A stretch of DNA of 64,000 nucleotides from Octopus sinensis (Eukaryota): NCBI RefSeq assembly GCF_006345805.1, contig NC_042999.1, positions 29,946,001 through 30,010,000 of the forward strand, given 5' to 3'. Shown piece after piece: positions 1 through 13,156 of the stretch. Every line of letters begins with the position of its first letter. Within the stretch, counting starts at the first letter, position 1. Below the pieces are notes generated by a model that was given only the letters and a program-made list of their open reading frames with translations, was not told the DNA's origin and did not search any database. The position numbers and the translations under genes were made by a program.

Positions 1-1654
1 AATGCGTTCTCATTTCTTCTGATGCTAACATTATGCAGACATTCCCTTTCAATGAGATATAGTTTTGCGTAGGTTAAGAGATTTCGAGAATGATTACGCA
101 TTCATACCTACACGCTTACACATATGTAAGCATCCACCTCCAACCATATATATATATATATAAACTTCATTATTTCCTCTCAGATATTTTTGAAAATATC
201 CCGAAGCAAAAAATGCTGTGCAATGTACATACAGGTTGTCACACACCCAGAGCACGCATACACACACACATAATCCCACATGTACATGCTCTTCAGATTA
301 TAAATTGCATTCATATACATGCTCTTCAGATTATAAATTGCATTCATGTACAAGAAACATATATATATATATATAATTCTAACTGGTGAGTTATGAGCTG
401 AGACGAATCATGCATTTGATGTATGATTTAATATATATAGGCTGTCTACAAACAGCGAGAATATATCTTAATCATGCAGCATAAAAGAGACATGCACTCT
501 TGAATAGAATTCCTTGGATAACTATGTTTCTGGTGGTTACTTATGTGTGTTGCTGACGAACTAAATGATATTTACGTGAGATACTGGAAACAGGTACTCG
601 TTTGCAGCCGGTTAGCACGACGTGTGTTTCAGTTTTGTTAGTCAATGATACACCGTGCTCATGAAATTTTGGTGCAAATTATTGAGCATTCTACCGACGC
701 GTAATCATAATTTTTTTTTCTCAAGGAGATTCAGCTTGATTCAAAATGTGACAATGCTGGTCGTGTTTGTTACAGACACAACACATTTTCCCCGTTGAGT
801 GATATGTAGAAACATAAGACGCCAAGGTGAATGGAACTCACACATGTACTGTGGTGGACCAACTAACCCAAACTACTATTCCACGCGCCTTCATCATCTC
901 AGGTGTACAGAAGGGAAAATAATGGGACCATTTACTATAACCTTGACAAAGGGCATGACATTATGTCTCATTGGGTGCTATTAAAGAACCGAGCAACGGG
1001 GATTCCTCAACATTTATGCAATAATGTCACAAATAAATACATGAATAGCTCATGACTATACAAACTGTTATCATATTGAGCCTGTAATGATCCTAGGTTT
1101 GAGTCCTGAATACTGGATATTAAAATAGGCTACAGAACATTTTTAAATACTAACATTAGGTATATTAGGATTTCAAGAGATTTGGAGATATAGTGTTCGA
1201 TTATTGGTCGCTAAACTTAGATATAATTTAGATACATGAAATATGTAAATCGGAATCATTCTCTATATAGATAAGTAAATACGAATCATTCTTCATATAA
1301 AACAAGTTTTAGATTTAATGAATATTTCGTCTGGTTAGGTGTGTAGTATGCAGTTTCATATATGAACTCTAAGTATGGAAAACAATAACTATTGCCTCAA
1401 TATTGCGAAAAGAGATACTACACTGATATTTACCAAGTAAGTTCAGAAATTGCAAATTGTGTGATATATAATTAAAAATCCTTCTTATGCAAACGATTTG
1501 AAATTTTTAATCTATTGGTAGGTATTCATTTAGGCATCAGTGTATGTAATGTATGGATACACAGACATACAGGCAATCAAACCCTACCAACCAACACACA
1601 TTCGCACACATATACGTATCTATCAATCAATCTATCTATCTATCTGTCTATCTA

Positions 1655-1700
<46 letters not shown>

Positions 1701-2510
1701 TGTGTGTGTATGTATATATGTATATGTGTGTGTGTATACACACATAGGTGTGAGTAATTGTGTATGTATATCTGTCTATAAATATGTGTGCGTTGCATAA
1801 ATAATGATAGATAATTTAATGGAACGATGCGATGCATAATGGATAGACTTTAAAATAAATGTTCTTAAGATTAATCACTACGTATTATTTCAAATCATTT
1901 CTAAACAAATATGAATTACAAACTAATTAAAACTGTCAACAGTAAACATGAGATGTATTATTAAACATATCATCGTATAAGAAAAAAATATAAATTGTGC
2001 ACGTTTGGAGTGTGTTGTTTGAAAATTTCCGTATTTCTATAAATATTTATAATTTTCTTTCATATTAGATAATTTTGAAGCGTATATATTTGTGTACGTG
2101 ATGGTATAAACATAAACATGTCAGTGCGCTGTGATGTCTCATTAATTAGATACAAATGAAAATGGCTGAAAAAGAAATACATTATTTGTTGAAAATGTAT
2201 ATTGTATCTGTGTCACAATCACTAAAATGACTAAGCGTTGCATCTAAGTGTATTTTCAATACATATATATACATATATATACATATATATACATATATAT
2301 ACACTGTCGCAGTAATTATCGCTGGAAGTATTGACGCATATGCGGTGTTAAACAAATAGAACTGTTTGGTTCGGTATTTTGTGCTAGTTGTTTCAAATTG
2401 TCTACCTTTCCTCATTTTCGTTGCTATTTGTTTACATCCAACATCCGTATATTATTTTAGCACTTCTTAATATATATATATATATATATATAGACACACT
2501 CACATATATA

Positions 2511-3800
2511 CCAGCGGAAATGCCCGGCGTTGCTGGGTAATAGAGAATAATGAAATTTAGAAACGCCGTCTTGATTACACAGTTCTCTACTGCTAGTAGT
2601 TGAGATACAAACATTCTGCATTAATAACTCTCCAATCCATGCCACTAAAGAACATAGCCATTAAGTGGAATGCTAACAGAACGATTTCAACACATATATG
2701 TATATAGAGTAAATACACGTAATTCAAAAATACCTTTTGCGTACCATATTTTGTAACCAAATTCAGGTGGAAATTATAAACAATTAATGGCCGCTTTTGG
2801 TAATTCACTACGCAGAGGTATTAGAGAGCCTATCCCATGATATATCGGACCTTGGATTTTCAAAATCTGTTATGCAGCGTTGTATTGTCTAATTTGGTTT
2901 TGGAAATGTTTGGAATTTTTGTCAGTTGGTGACAATAGTTTCTTCAATGGCTATGGAGGTTGGAGATTGCAGGGAATGTAACCTATCCTCTACTACAGTA
3001 CAGGGCAGGTATCTCTCGCTGTCACGTACTTAATTCAAAGCGTATGCAATGTAAACTCTAGTGTCATCTTCATAATGACGTGCTGGATCATAATTGAAGG
3101 CTGCATCATAGAAGTTGCTTCTCTGAGCTGTTGACGTCAACAACATGTGTATTTTGCCTGAGGACGTTCTGCAGTGGACATCCTATTCCTTTTCAACTGT
3201 GCATACTTCTGTTCATTAGTTTGACATGCTCTGGCTTTTGTATTGTACAACCTGTTCGTTTCCTTGCATGCTTCTCTTACTGCAGCTGTCTCTATTTCCC
3301 TGGACCGAGGCATTATTTTGGCTGTCCTTGACAATATAGATAAATTTGAAACTTTCCTTCTGGGCATACTTATATGTACTTACAGAAATACACGTGTGTA
3401 GAAATAGTAAGCAATGAAAATAACTGGGTAACGGGAATTATAGTTCTTAATACGACGGGCAGAAAGTCAATAAGAAAATTTTAGGGAAAATAAAAAAAAT
3501 ATTGTACCGGTTGAAGCAAAATTTGTCAGTGACGCAAAGGGCCAGTATGGAAGGAAACAGAAAAATAGCCGTTAACAAGAGAAAAGCAGAAAACTTTTGC
3601 AAAAATAAATAAGAAATTTTAGGGAAATTAACTAAGTGTACGAATTTAAGTGAAATTTTTAAAGTTACGTCTGTGAGAAAATTATAAACTTACTTTGATC
3701 GGTAATTCAGTCAACAATAAACCAACGCAAAACGTTGCAAAAGTAAACAAGGAATTTGTAGACAAATTTAACGAAGCGTACGAATTGAACTTACATTTAT
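2511..3800 (-). mobile_element. Internally deleted Helitron (RepHel N-terminal relic plus 3' terminus)
   Basis: The minus strand ends ...CCCAGC-AAC-GCCGGG-catttccg-CTGG|T at 2511, i.e. a subterminal hairpin plus CTRR before T. Frameshifted peptides in 2790-3367 (MPRRKVSNLS..., YDAAFNYDP, LKIQGPIYHGIGSLIP) match the Helitron RepHel N-terminal region. The 5' end was not located. Confidence 0.8.
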
Positions 3801-4274
3801 GAAGTTAATTCTGTCTGTAAATTATGCCTGAATTTAATTTCATCAGTGATTGTGAACTTCTTTCTGCCATTAATTTGTCGTTCATGTTTGTAAATAGTGA
3901 TTGAAAACTTGCAATGAAAACAATAGCGATTAAACTTAAACTGAAAGCAATAGCGTCTGAGAAATGAAAGTGAAAACAATAGAGAGTGAAAAACAAATAA
4001 GGAGAAGGAGAGAGAGAGAGAGAGAGAGAGAGATATCTATCTAGGTAGACAAATAAGATAGATATAGATACATAGATAAAAGCTGAGTAATGGGTAGACA
4101 TAGAGATAGAGATGGATAGCGAGATATATGTGTGTGTATATGTAGAGAGACAGAGTGAGAGAGAGAGAGTGTGTAGGGGAACATCCCAAATATGAGGTTT
4201 CCAAAAATATTTAGAAATCACAGAAAATTTTATTGCCAATAATGTAAACATCATTTTAAAGTTTGAACACTTAT

Positions 4275-4850
4275 CTATTTTTTACGTAATCGTAATTTCG
4301 ATTGATGCATTATGTAGGTGCTGGGGCAGTTTTGTATGCCTGTGTGATACCAGCTCGTCTCTATGCCGTCGAGGAGGCGTTGAACCTCATTTTTCACTCG
4401 TCGTAGATACTGAAGCGCGTGGCGATCAAATGCTCTTTCAACTTAGACGAAACGTGGAAGTCACTGGGTGCCTAGTTCGGACTATAAGTTGGATTGCCAT
4501 TTATGGTCTTCTGTGAGCATTCAGGGGAACCATCTTGCGCACACATCCCGATAGTGCAACTATATACTCAAAAGCCTATCCATGGTGCTGTGGGAAACCT
4601 CGGGAACCAAAATGCGGACATAATCCAGTGTGATACGCCGATTTTCACACAGAATTTTTACAACCTTCTAAACTGTCTCGTGAAACATTAATGGTTGCTC
4701 ACTTCTTGCTACATCATGAATTTCTGTACATCGCGTCATATACTTCCGTTAATTGGTAATGAATTTCAATGGCTTTAATGACATTTGCGTTCAAAAACCG
4801 AATACCTGCGCGAATTCACAGTTTGCGGCAGCGTCAATCGAGAGCACCAT
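4275..4850 (-). pseudogene. mariner (DD34D) transposase relic with internal deletion
   Basis: The N-terminal part (IRFLNA..IEIHYQLTEVY, ENRRITL, VCARWFP*MLTEDHK) joins at about 4496 directly to the C-terminal part (PTYSPN*APSDFH..KLKEHL...GIQK...DYVKK*). These correspond to the WVPxxL and YSPDLAPSD motifs; the first two catalytic Asp regions are deleted. Confidence 0.88.
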
Positions 4851-5043
4851 CAAATACCATGCCAAGCCAAGATTGAACGTGGCAGGGAGGCGCGGGCAGA
4901 GGCAGATGCAGGTGCCTGCACAACAAACACAACAGTGTTGCCAATGGCCGCATGCACTCTTTTCCACGTCCCCAGCACGTTTGAAACTTTACATTTACAA
5001 TTACTCTTCTATACACACACACACACACACAGAATACATATAT

Positions 5044-5089
<46 letters not shown>

Positions 5090-5638
5090 TATATATATAT
5101 CAAATTAGAGATAAAACCACTATTAGGCAAATCAAACAATGAAAGACTTAAGCCAATACATAAAATTATTTAATTTATATTATTTTAAATATATATCAAA
5201 ATTATTAAAAGTTTAATAAAAGATAATGAGTAAAACACAGAGATATAGAAATATAGATATAGATATAGATATATAGATATAGGTAGATAGATAGATAAAT
5301 ATGTACAGTGCTTTATGTACATTGTTTTGCCCTACATTATTATGTTTAACCTTATAGTTCCTTATGTGGTGGTTTAATAAAGTATGTAATTGAGTAATAT
5401 ATGGTAATTGATATTTGATTTCGATGTAATTCTCCATTTTCTTATTTTTTATTATGAATTTGTGGTAAAACATTTTACCTTTGCCCATATAATAGAGTAA
5501 ATGAATTAATTGCATCGCAATTCTTAACAATTATGTATTAACTTTGTTGGGTACTTCACTAGCAGGATATTGGATATATGTTATCCCATGGAGGGTTGCA
5601 TTTACAACCCCTATCTCAATTTATATAATATATATATA

Positions 5639-5684
<46 letters not shown>

Positions 5685-5691
5685 ATCTATA

Positions 5692-5735
<44 letters not shown>

Positions 5736-5780
5736 CATCTATATATATATATATATATATATAGATATATATATATATAG

Positions 5781-5849
<69 letters not shown>

Positions 5850-5863
5850 TATATATATATATA

Positions 5864-6262
5864 GATAAGAAAGTTTGTTTGGTAAAGCACGTGGGTGAAT
5901 ATATAAGAAAATAGTAAAGAGTGAAAAAACGACAGAAGGCTTAAATGTTAAAAAATATATATATTTGTGTCAAAATGTCTGGAGAATATTGGAAAAATGT
6001 TTTTCCCTTTCCTTAAAATGACATAATTTCATAATTTTTAAAGAAATACCGGTTTCGCGTGTAGCTTTTCAAATTTCTTGTGACGTCACAAGAAATTTGA
6101 AAAGCTACGCGCGAAACCGGTATTTCTTTAAAAATTATGAAATTATGTCATTTTAAGGAAGGGAAAAAATTTTTCCTATATTCTCCAGACATTTTGACAC
6201 AAATATATATATTTTTTAACATTTAAGCCTTCTGTCGTTTTTTCACTCTTTACTATTTTCTT
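5864..6262. repeat. Spacerless fold-back palindrome (about 180-bp arms) in (TA)n, probably PLE-derived
   Basis: 5905-6084 is the near-perfect reverse complement of 6085-6262, centred on TGAC|GTCA. It contains GAAACCGGTA (6113-6122) and its mirror, and is flanked by (TA)n on both sides. Confidence 0.9.
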
Positions 6263-6314
6263 GTATATATATATATATATCTATATATATATATAAATCA
6301 TATATATATAAGAG

Positions 6315-6425
6315 TGACTGTGTGCTGAGAAGCTTACGAATCTTGCAGTATAGCATCGAGCCAATCGAAATCTTGTGAGCGCCTTTGGTAGATGGAAACT
6401 AAAAGAAGCCCGTCGTCGTATATTC
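6315..6425 (+). mobile_element. Degenerate 5' fragment of SINE family A
   Basis: TTTGGTAGATGGAAACTAAAAGAAGCCCGTCGT matches the full copy at about 10395-10428. Confidence 0.7.
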
Positions 6426-6529
6426 ATGTATATATATATATATACATGCATTCATGTATATACCCTCTTCCCATCTCTGTAAACAAAAACGAAAACGTGA
6501 TCGGTGTACGACCACCTCGTAATTTCGCA

Positions 6530-8780
6530 GCTAGCGAGATTCCAACACATTCCATATTGACTGCCAGTCACATAACCTTTTCGGCTAAAGTATCTGACTA
6601 CTGCCCCCTTATAAGACTACAGTAAATAGTAGGCACAACTACAGCGATTATTTTCGTACAAGAGGTAGTCAGGATCATATATTGGTTTATTATGCCATTA
6701 GTGAAATTTTCGAGAAAAAAATAACTTTAGTTTCAAGTACTCTCTCGAGGAGAGATTATTCACTGCCACAGTAAGTAAACGTCCATCAGATATGATACTA
6801 AAAGCTGTTAACAAAATTGGTGATGAGTATTTACAGCTGTGTGATGGGCCCATATTCTGGCAGATTAGCTCCTCTCTATATGCTCTGGCTAATACTGCAA
6901 ATCTGTGCGTGTATGACTTTAATGAAATATACAAGGCTGAAACAACAAAGAAAGCATCGTTATGGGTTTTGAAGACAGAGAAAAAGATAACTGGTTTACG
7001 GAAGACTATCAACCATGCAATAATGATTATTACGTGCAAACGACCAAACACCAATAGGCCTCACCAACAGGAATCAAATAATGAGATAGAAATGATGTTT
7101 GGAGATAGCAAAAATGAGACACTCACAATCTACCTTCAAGCAGAAGCCAAACGTTTTGAGTGAAAAATTGCGACATCAGAATAGTATGACTGAGAGAAAA
7201 ACAATAAAAAAATGTTAACCGCAACACGGCAGCAGACACGAGAAGAGGAGCATTGAACGTCACAGAAGCTCTATCATGAGAAGACATAGAGAGCTTCTGG
7301 AGGAAAATCTGGATTGAAGAGGAGGTTAACGAAGATACGTTCTGTTTAGAAGAAATCCGTTATTGTTCTTGGGTTACACCCAAGACAAACGAGACTGATT
7401 ATGCAACTCTTGCTACTCTTATCCAGAAATTCCAGAATATAAGAGCACCTGTAAGAGACTTGATATTTGGACATTCATACCTGAACCTAACCTTCTACCA
7501 AACGCATCTTATTGATCTGTAAAAGCAAGCTCTGAATGGGAAAATCAAGTTCTGAATAGGAAAATCACCATACCAACATGTTCGGTTTGCCAGAGGCAAA
7601 ATTGATCCCATATGCAGAACCACTTACATGGAAAACACTACCGGCCAATAACATGCCACAACTCAATGTATAACATATATAGGTCATACTTGAAACTCAT
7701 CATCCCTTACCGTTGTGAAACGAATAAAATTATCACAGCAGAACAAGCACCTACGAAAAAGAGTAGCTAATGTAACGGGTCATCAGATGACAGGAGAGTT
7801 TATGCCAGGAGAAAAGTATTTATTGATTTGTTAGTAGAACACTCGTGATAGTAACATTGGACATTAGACCGGTATATCAAAGACCAATAGCCGCATTACC
7901 ACCTCCCAATTTGTGGGGTATGCATTTGTAATCAGGAACAGGGAATATCAAACAAGTATCTGATGGACAAAAGGGATAGCGATGCAGGAAAAGCAGTAAA
8001 ATATGATAACCAAAGCTATTGTCCACATCATAGGCAGTTGGCCGAAAATATCATCACGGTATAATCTACTGATGAGACACGACGTTTTAGCTAAAGAAAT
8101 CCGTCGGAAGGATAACATCGAGTACAATGAAATCAAAACCCACGTTATGGTAGGAGCAACGTAATATAAAGGAACGCTCATAATAAAAAGGAATACTGGT
8201 GTAATTTCCCCGAGAAGACCTCAATAAAATTTAAGCACAACATACCTGATATTATGATTTGAGATAGAGGAGAGATAATGAGTAGAGTTGTGGAAATCGG
8301 CTGCCCAGTGTATGTTAACAGAAAGCTGAAGATCAGTAAAAATGAGCACACATACACTGAACTATTGAGAAAACTGCATTTACTCTATCCAGATTACAAA
8401 TTAAGGTTTATATTTGTAATTATATGAGTGCTTAGATAGGTAACAACTTGCCTAATTGCCAATCTCGAGGAAGTATGTTTCTCAAACCAGAAAAGAGAAA
8501 ACTCATTCGAAGAATACAGATACGATCTGTCACTGGAACTGTAAAAATCTATAAAACCTTCCAAAAGTTTATCATTTAAATATTTATGAGCTTGTCTAGA
8601 TAGGCATCTATATCCATGGGAATACACACATAAAACAAAACATATAAATCTTCACATATACATTCATACATATAACAAGGCTCTATTGTTGATGTTCAAA
8701 TTCCAGTGAAGGAGAATTGGATCTAGGTTATAAACGGCCCCTTTCTCTATTAGCAACAAATCTTGAAATAAAATTAACAA
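6530..8780 (+). mobile_element. Degenerate RLE-type non-LTR retrotransposon (R2 superfamily, R4/Dong-like), internally deleted
   Basis: The RT start (HYRPITCHNSMY, about 7640) is followed by a jump to the C-terminal part: VHIIGSWPKISSRYNLLMRHDVLAK (RHD motif, about 8020-8095) and KHNIPDIMI*DRE...VVEIGCP (PD-(D/E)xK nuclease). Many stops and frameshifts; a short (ATAC)n follows the 3' end. Confidence 0.85.
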
Positions 8781-10262
8781 TGTCATACATACATACCTCT
8801 ACCAATACAAACGTAGACGTAGGTACGCTGGGGCGATGGTTTTGCGCTGTGTTCTCTCGATCACGGATTCTATCGCATTCACGAAACGGCGAGTACTTTT
8901 TCTACATGTGCAACGAATTTTGATTTACATTAAACCTCATCCAGGTTATGTAAGTAAACTTATGGCCGATTACCGTTCTTGGAAATAATATTCCGGCTGG
9001 AGCTGCTCACATTACCAGTGATTAAGAAGTACACGAATTCCAAAGCAATGCTAAGCGTATTGTGACTAGTATCACATAACAACTTAATTCCCTGCTTTTG
9101 TATATAGTTTAATCATATTGATTGTTTGGGCAACTGTGTATTTTATGACAAATTTCCACCGGCGGATTGTCAATTATGTATTTATCTTTACGAGGATGTT
9201 TTGGTATATACGTATTTTTGTGGGTGGGGGGGGGCAGCTTGTGTGGGTGTGTGTGGATGTGTTTGGGGGTGTATGTATATGCGTGTAAAGTTAGAGAGTA
9301 TCAGAAAATGAAACTCCGAATTATATTTAACCAAATAAACTGCATACATCAGGAAGATTAAACGTTTTACAATGCAAAAGTATTCATGGTTCATAACATG
9401 TTTATAAATAGAATCAGTGTTACAGATTACGAATTGAGCAGTTCTAAATGCGTATCAGTGTTACGTGTGAATACATGTGTCTGTTAATTATGTATATTAG
9501 GAAAGTTTGCCACCGCCTAAGAATAATTATATACGGGAAAATGGAATTATTTATGCAGAAGATAAATTCAGTCTAAACCTATAGTTACGTAATCTTATTA
9601 TATTTTGTTTAATAACGGTTTTATGATATCCAACACTCACAAAGTAAATGCGAAAAGTGCATAGTTACTTTATCCTGCATATTGTAGTTATTACCTGATT
9701 ACAACTAGTTGATGGGGCAAGAAATAGAAATCTAAATACGCCGAAATATATATTTAATAATGTTCTTTTTTATTTTCACGTTAACGTTTTTAGAGTTTTT
9801 TGCTTTTTGTGTTTAATTTAACGCTATCTTATAATTCTACCGATCTTATCAAATGGTGAACAATATGAAAAAAGATAAACTTTAATACGCAGATCTTCAA
9901 CGCAAATGTATACAGATGTATATCACTTAGAATTTGTAACTAAGTCTCAAATTCAGGTAAGCATTTCAAATCATTCAAACAAAACAGTATAAAGTAGATT
10001 ATATTTCGAATATACTTATAACACATAAAATCACCACATATTCGCACAGCTTCTTTGTAGCAACCTACACATTCCTGCTGAAATAGGTCATTGATTCAGA
10101 AGGCTATACAATTTAAAAACAGGTTCATACACAATTCGATTAAAATATTCAACACCATTTGAAATCAACACCTGATTTAATACTCAAGAACGCATTAATT
10201 TGTGTGATAGATGAGATAATAAAATGGAAGTAAATTTATTCATATTATTCAAATTTATTCAT

Positions 10263-10435
10263 AGGCACAGGAGTGGTTGTGTGGTAAGTAGCTTGCTTAC
10301 CAACCACATGGTTTCGGGTTCACTCCCACTGCGTGGTATCTTGGGCAAGTGTCTTCTACTATAGCCTCGGGCCGACCAAAGCCTGGTGAGTGGATTTGGT
10401 AGACGGAAACTGAAAGAAGCCCGTCGTATATATGC

Positions 10436-10471
<36 letters not shown>

Positions 10472-10690
10472 ATGTTTGTGTGTCTGTGCTTGTCCCCCTA
10501 GCATTGCTTGACAACCGATCCTGGTGCGTTTACGTCACCGTCACTTAGCGGTTCAGCAAAAGCAACAGATAGAATCAGTACTGGGCTTACGAAAATAAGT
10601 CCTGGGGTCCATTTGCTCGACTAAAGGCGCTGCTCCAGCATGGCCGCAGTCAAATGACTGAAACAAGTAAAAAGAGTAAAAAAAAGAGTA
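10263..10690 (+). mobile_element. Full-length tRNA-derived SINE, family A (CORE-like core, internal TA/TG microsatellite, LINE-derived tail)
   Basis: Pol III-like A box (TGGTTGTGTGG) and B box (GGTTCACTCC), a TTGGGCAAGTG core, and a tail CCAGCATGGCCGCAGTCAAATGACTGAAACAAG followed by A-rich repeats. Several other copies occur in the window. Confidence 0.9.
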
Positions 10691-10699
10691 TATTGATAT

Positions 10700-11650
10700 T
10701 AATAATTATTATTATCCTCTTAATCCTACTGTGCTCAATAGTGACATTATATTTACCAGGAAATATTTAAACCTTTGTCTAAGATAAGTTAATGTTATTC
10801 TGGAACTAGGAAGTATATCATTTTATTTGATAACAAATACTGCGCCAGACAATTCGAAAGGATTATTTTGATATTACAAAGGGTTCGGCGGATTCTATCT
10901 AGGTTACTAAATTAGAAGGTATATATGTCTTATAACATTTTCATAATGAATTTCCAGATATGAAAAGCGGACTCTATACAGATGAAGCACTAGTTTTGAT
11001 AAATAGTCTATGAAATATAATATTGAACGTATATATGAATAAATTCCATAGTTTTTAAAGAGTTTGTTTATCTATTTCTATTGAAAACTAATGTGATCCA
11101 GTTAATTACTTGGTTGTCAATCTGAACATTGTTACTGCTCATATCATAAACCTAACAATCATTTGAAATACATTAGCTTTATAGTAAAAAACAAGAGTTT
11201 TGGTTGATAATAAGTCGAGACGTGTTTCATATTTATATTCCAATGACGAAAACGTTAAAAAAATAATACTGAATATCATAATGCTGCCCAAGAAAAAGCG
11301 GAATACTTGAATAAATTATATATTTGCAATAAAAGAAATAATTATATTACAGAGATTAATCTAACATTGTGTATAATTGTAGGGTTTAATCTGAACGTAA
11401 CAATTATTTTTACATAGAGTCAATGGAAAATCTTATTTAAAAATGAATGTGAAACCATGAGTAATACTTTTAGCAATAGGGAAAGGTTTAATGGAACTAG
11501 TTTGAGTAAGCTATAATATGGAAATTAAAGGATACGAAGGAAATGTACGACATAAAATTTGAAAAGTAATGATGTTAGAGTAAATGAATTATATATGATT
11601 TTAACATCTAAGAAATATTGCTCGTCGAAAGACGTAAAGGCCTTCTATCA
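10700..11650 (+). mobile_element. Old Penelope-like element relic (RT plus GIY-YIG remnants)
   Basis: FDITKGSADS...GIYVL...SGLYTDEAL resembles FDVTMGS...GLYRDDGL. VNYLVVNLNI and YHKPNNHLKYIS resemble VNFLDVTL..YxKPN. A TSLSK..WKLK-like segment near 11.5 kb fits the endonuclease. Heavily decayed. Confidence 0.72.
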
Positions 11651-11843
11651 TCACACTATTGTAGTTATGTGCTTAGAATATTTTATTATTTGTATATATA
11701 TATATATATATACTTGTATGTGTCTCTGGCAATGTGTCTATATGCGTATATACAATACTGTGTATATTTGTATAGGCTTATTTATATATATATATATATG
11801 TTATTTGTATTGATACCTGTTGTTATATATCTGTCTTTAAATA

Positions 11844-11874
<31 letters not shown>

Positions 11875-12903
11875 GGTGGCGCTCTCTGACATGCCCTTGG
11901 TAGCACAAACAACATCCCTCACTAGCTATGCTGATGACACAAAGGTAGCACAGGCAATTAAAAACCCAGCTGATGCTGACCTCTTACAACAAGATCTGGA
12001 TGCCATATACAAATGGGCTGAAGACAACAACATGCAATTTAATGCTGGTAAATTTCAAGCCTTACAATATCAAGCTGTAAACACATATACATTACAACAC
12101 AACTATACTGGTCCAGGAGGGATCGAAATCCCAGTATCGAAATCAATACGGGGCCTGGGGATAGACATGAGTGACGATGCATCTTTTTCTTCACACATCG
12201 CGAAGGTGGCGACAATGTGCAGACGACTCACTGGCTGGATCCTGAGGACATTCCGGACAAGAGACTGCGAGACCATGTTGACACTATGGAGGACATTTGT
12301 CCTAAGCCGCCTGGACTACTGCTCCCAACTGTGGTCACCGCATAGTGTCAAACTAACCACAGAGCTTGAGACAATCCAAAGACATTTCACCAAGAGGATT
12401 TCCACCATGAAAGAAAAGAACTATTGGGAGAGGCTTAGGGAACTCAATTTGTACTCCTTGGAACGAAGACGAGAGAGATATGCAGTGATATACATATGGA
12501 AAATCCTGGAGGGACTAGCACCAAATTTTGGAATTGAGAGCTGTTCCAATCCCCGTACAGGACGTCACTGTGTGGTGCCAAAGGTCCCGTCTTCCACATC
12601 CAGAGTAAGGAGCAGATACTGTAATAGCCTGGGGTTCAGGGGCCCTCAGCTTTTCAACAAACCGCCAAGAAAACTAAGAGATCTACATGATGCGGATGTG
12701 GACTTTTTCAAAAAACATCTAGACAAGCTGCTTTCCGGGATCCCAGATGAACCCACTGCAAGGTACGAAGGTAACCTAAGGGCAGCAGCTACAAACTCTC
12801 TCTTAGATCAGTGGCCAGCCACGGCAAACTGGACTTAGAGAGGGTAGCAACAAGGGCGGTGCCCCAGCATGGCCTCAGCCGGATGGCTGAAACAAGGAAA
12901 AGA

Positions 12904-12907
<4 letters not shown>
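11875..12907 (+). mobile_element. 5'-truncated CR1/L2-group LINE (C-terminal RT ORF2 and 3' UTR)
   Basis: Uninterrupted frame of about 320 aa to the stop at 12838, with SYADDTK, WAEDNNMQFNAGK, LSRLDYCSQLWSP and LYSLERRRERY. The upstream part of the listed 406-aa ORF is microsatellite. Flanked by (TA)n. Confidence 0.93.
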
Positions 12908-12952
<45 letters not shown>

Positions 12953-13117
12953 TTCTATGTTTATAATTAATATCTAAATTATGGGAGTATATGTAAACAT
13001 ATATATTTATCTATATGTTTGGATATATATATTTATATACATATGTGTTTGTGTGTAAATTTGTATGTGTGTCATCATATATGCATGTATGCGTGTAAAT
13101 TTATATATATAATATAT

Positions 13118-13156
<39 letters not shown>

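Noticed and set aside
282-347. 33-bp tandem duplication (TACATGCTCTTCAGATTATAAATTGCATTCAT)
   Set aside because: An ordinary two-copy local duplication with no spacers; not CRISPR-like.
8695-8750. Hammerhead-like look of the RLE LINE 3' UTR (CAGTGAAGG...TAAACGGCCC)
   Set aside because: Neither CUGANGA nor GAAA is present in this copy and the stems are unconvincing.
9892-9962. Possible small host exon (CAG|ATC...CAG|GTAAGC, open frame SSTQMYTDVYHLEFVTKSQIQ)
   Set aside because: The donor is good, but there is no polypyrimidine tract, no recognisable homology and no partner exons. RNA-seq would be needed.
11618-11874. N-terminal 86 aa of the 406-aa ORF
   Set aside because: It is read-through of (TA)n and poly-T sequence upstream of the LINE truncation point, not a real protein start.
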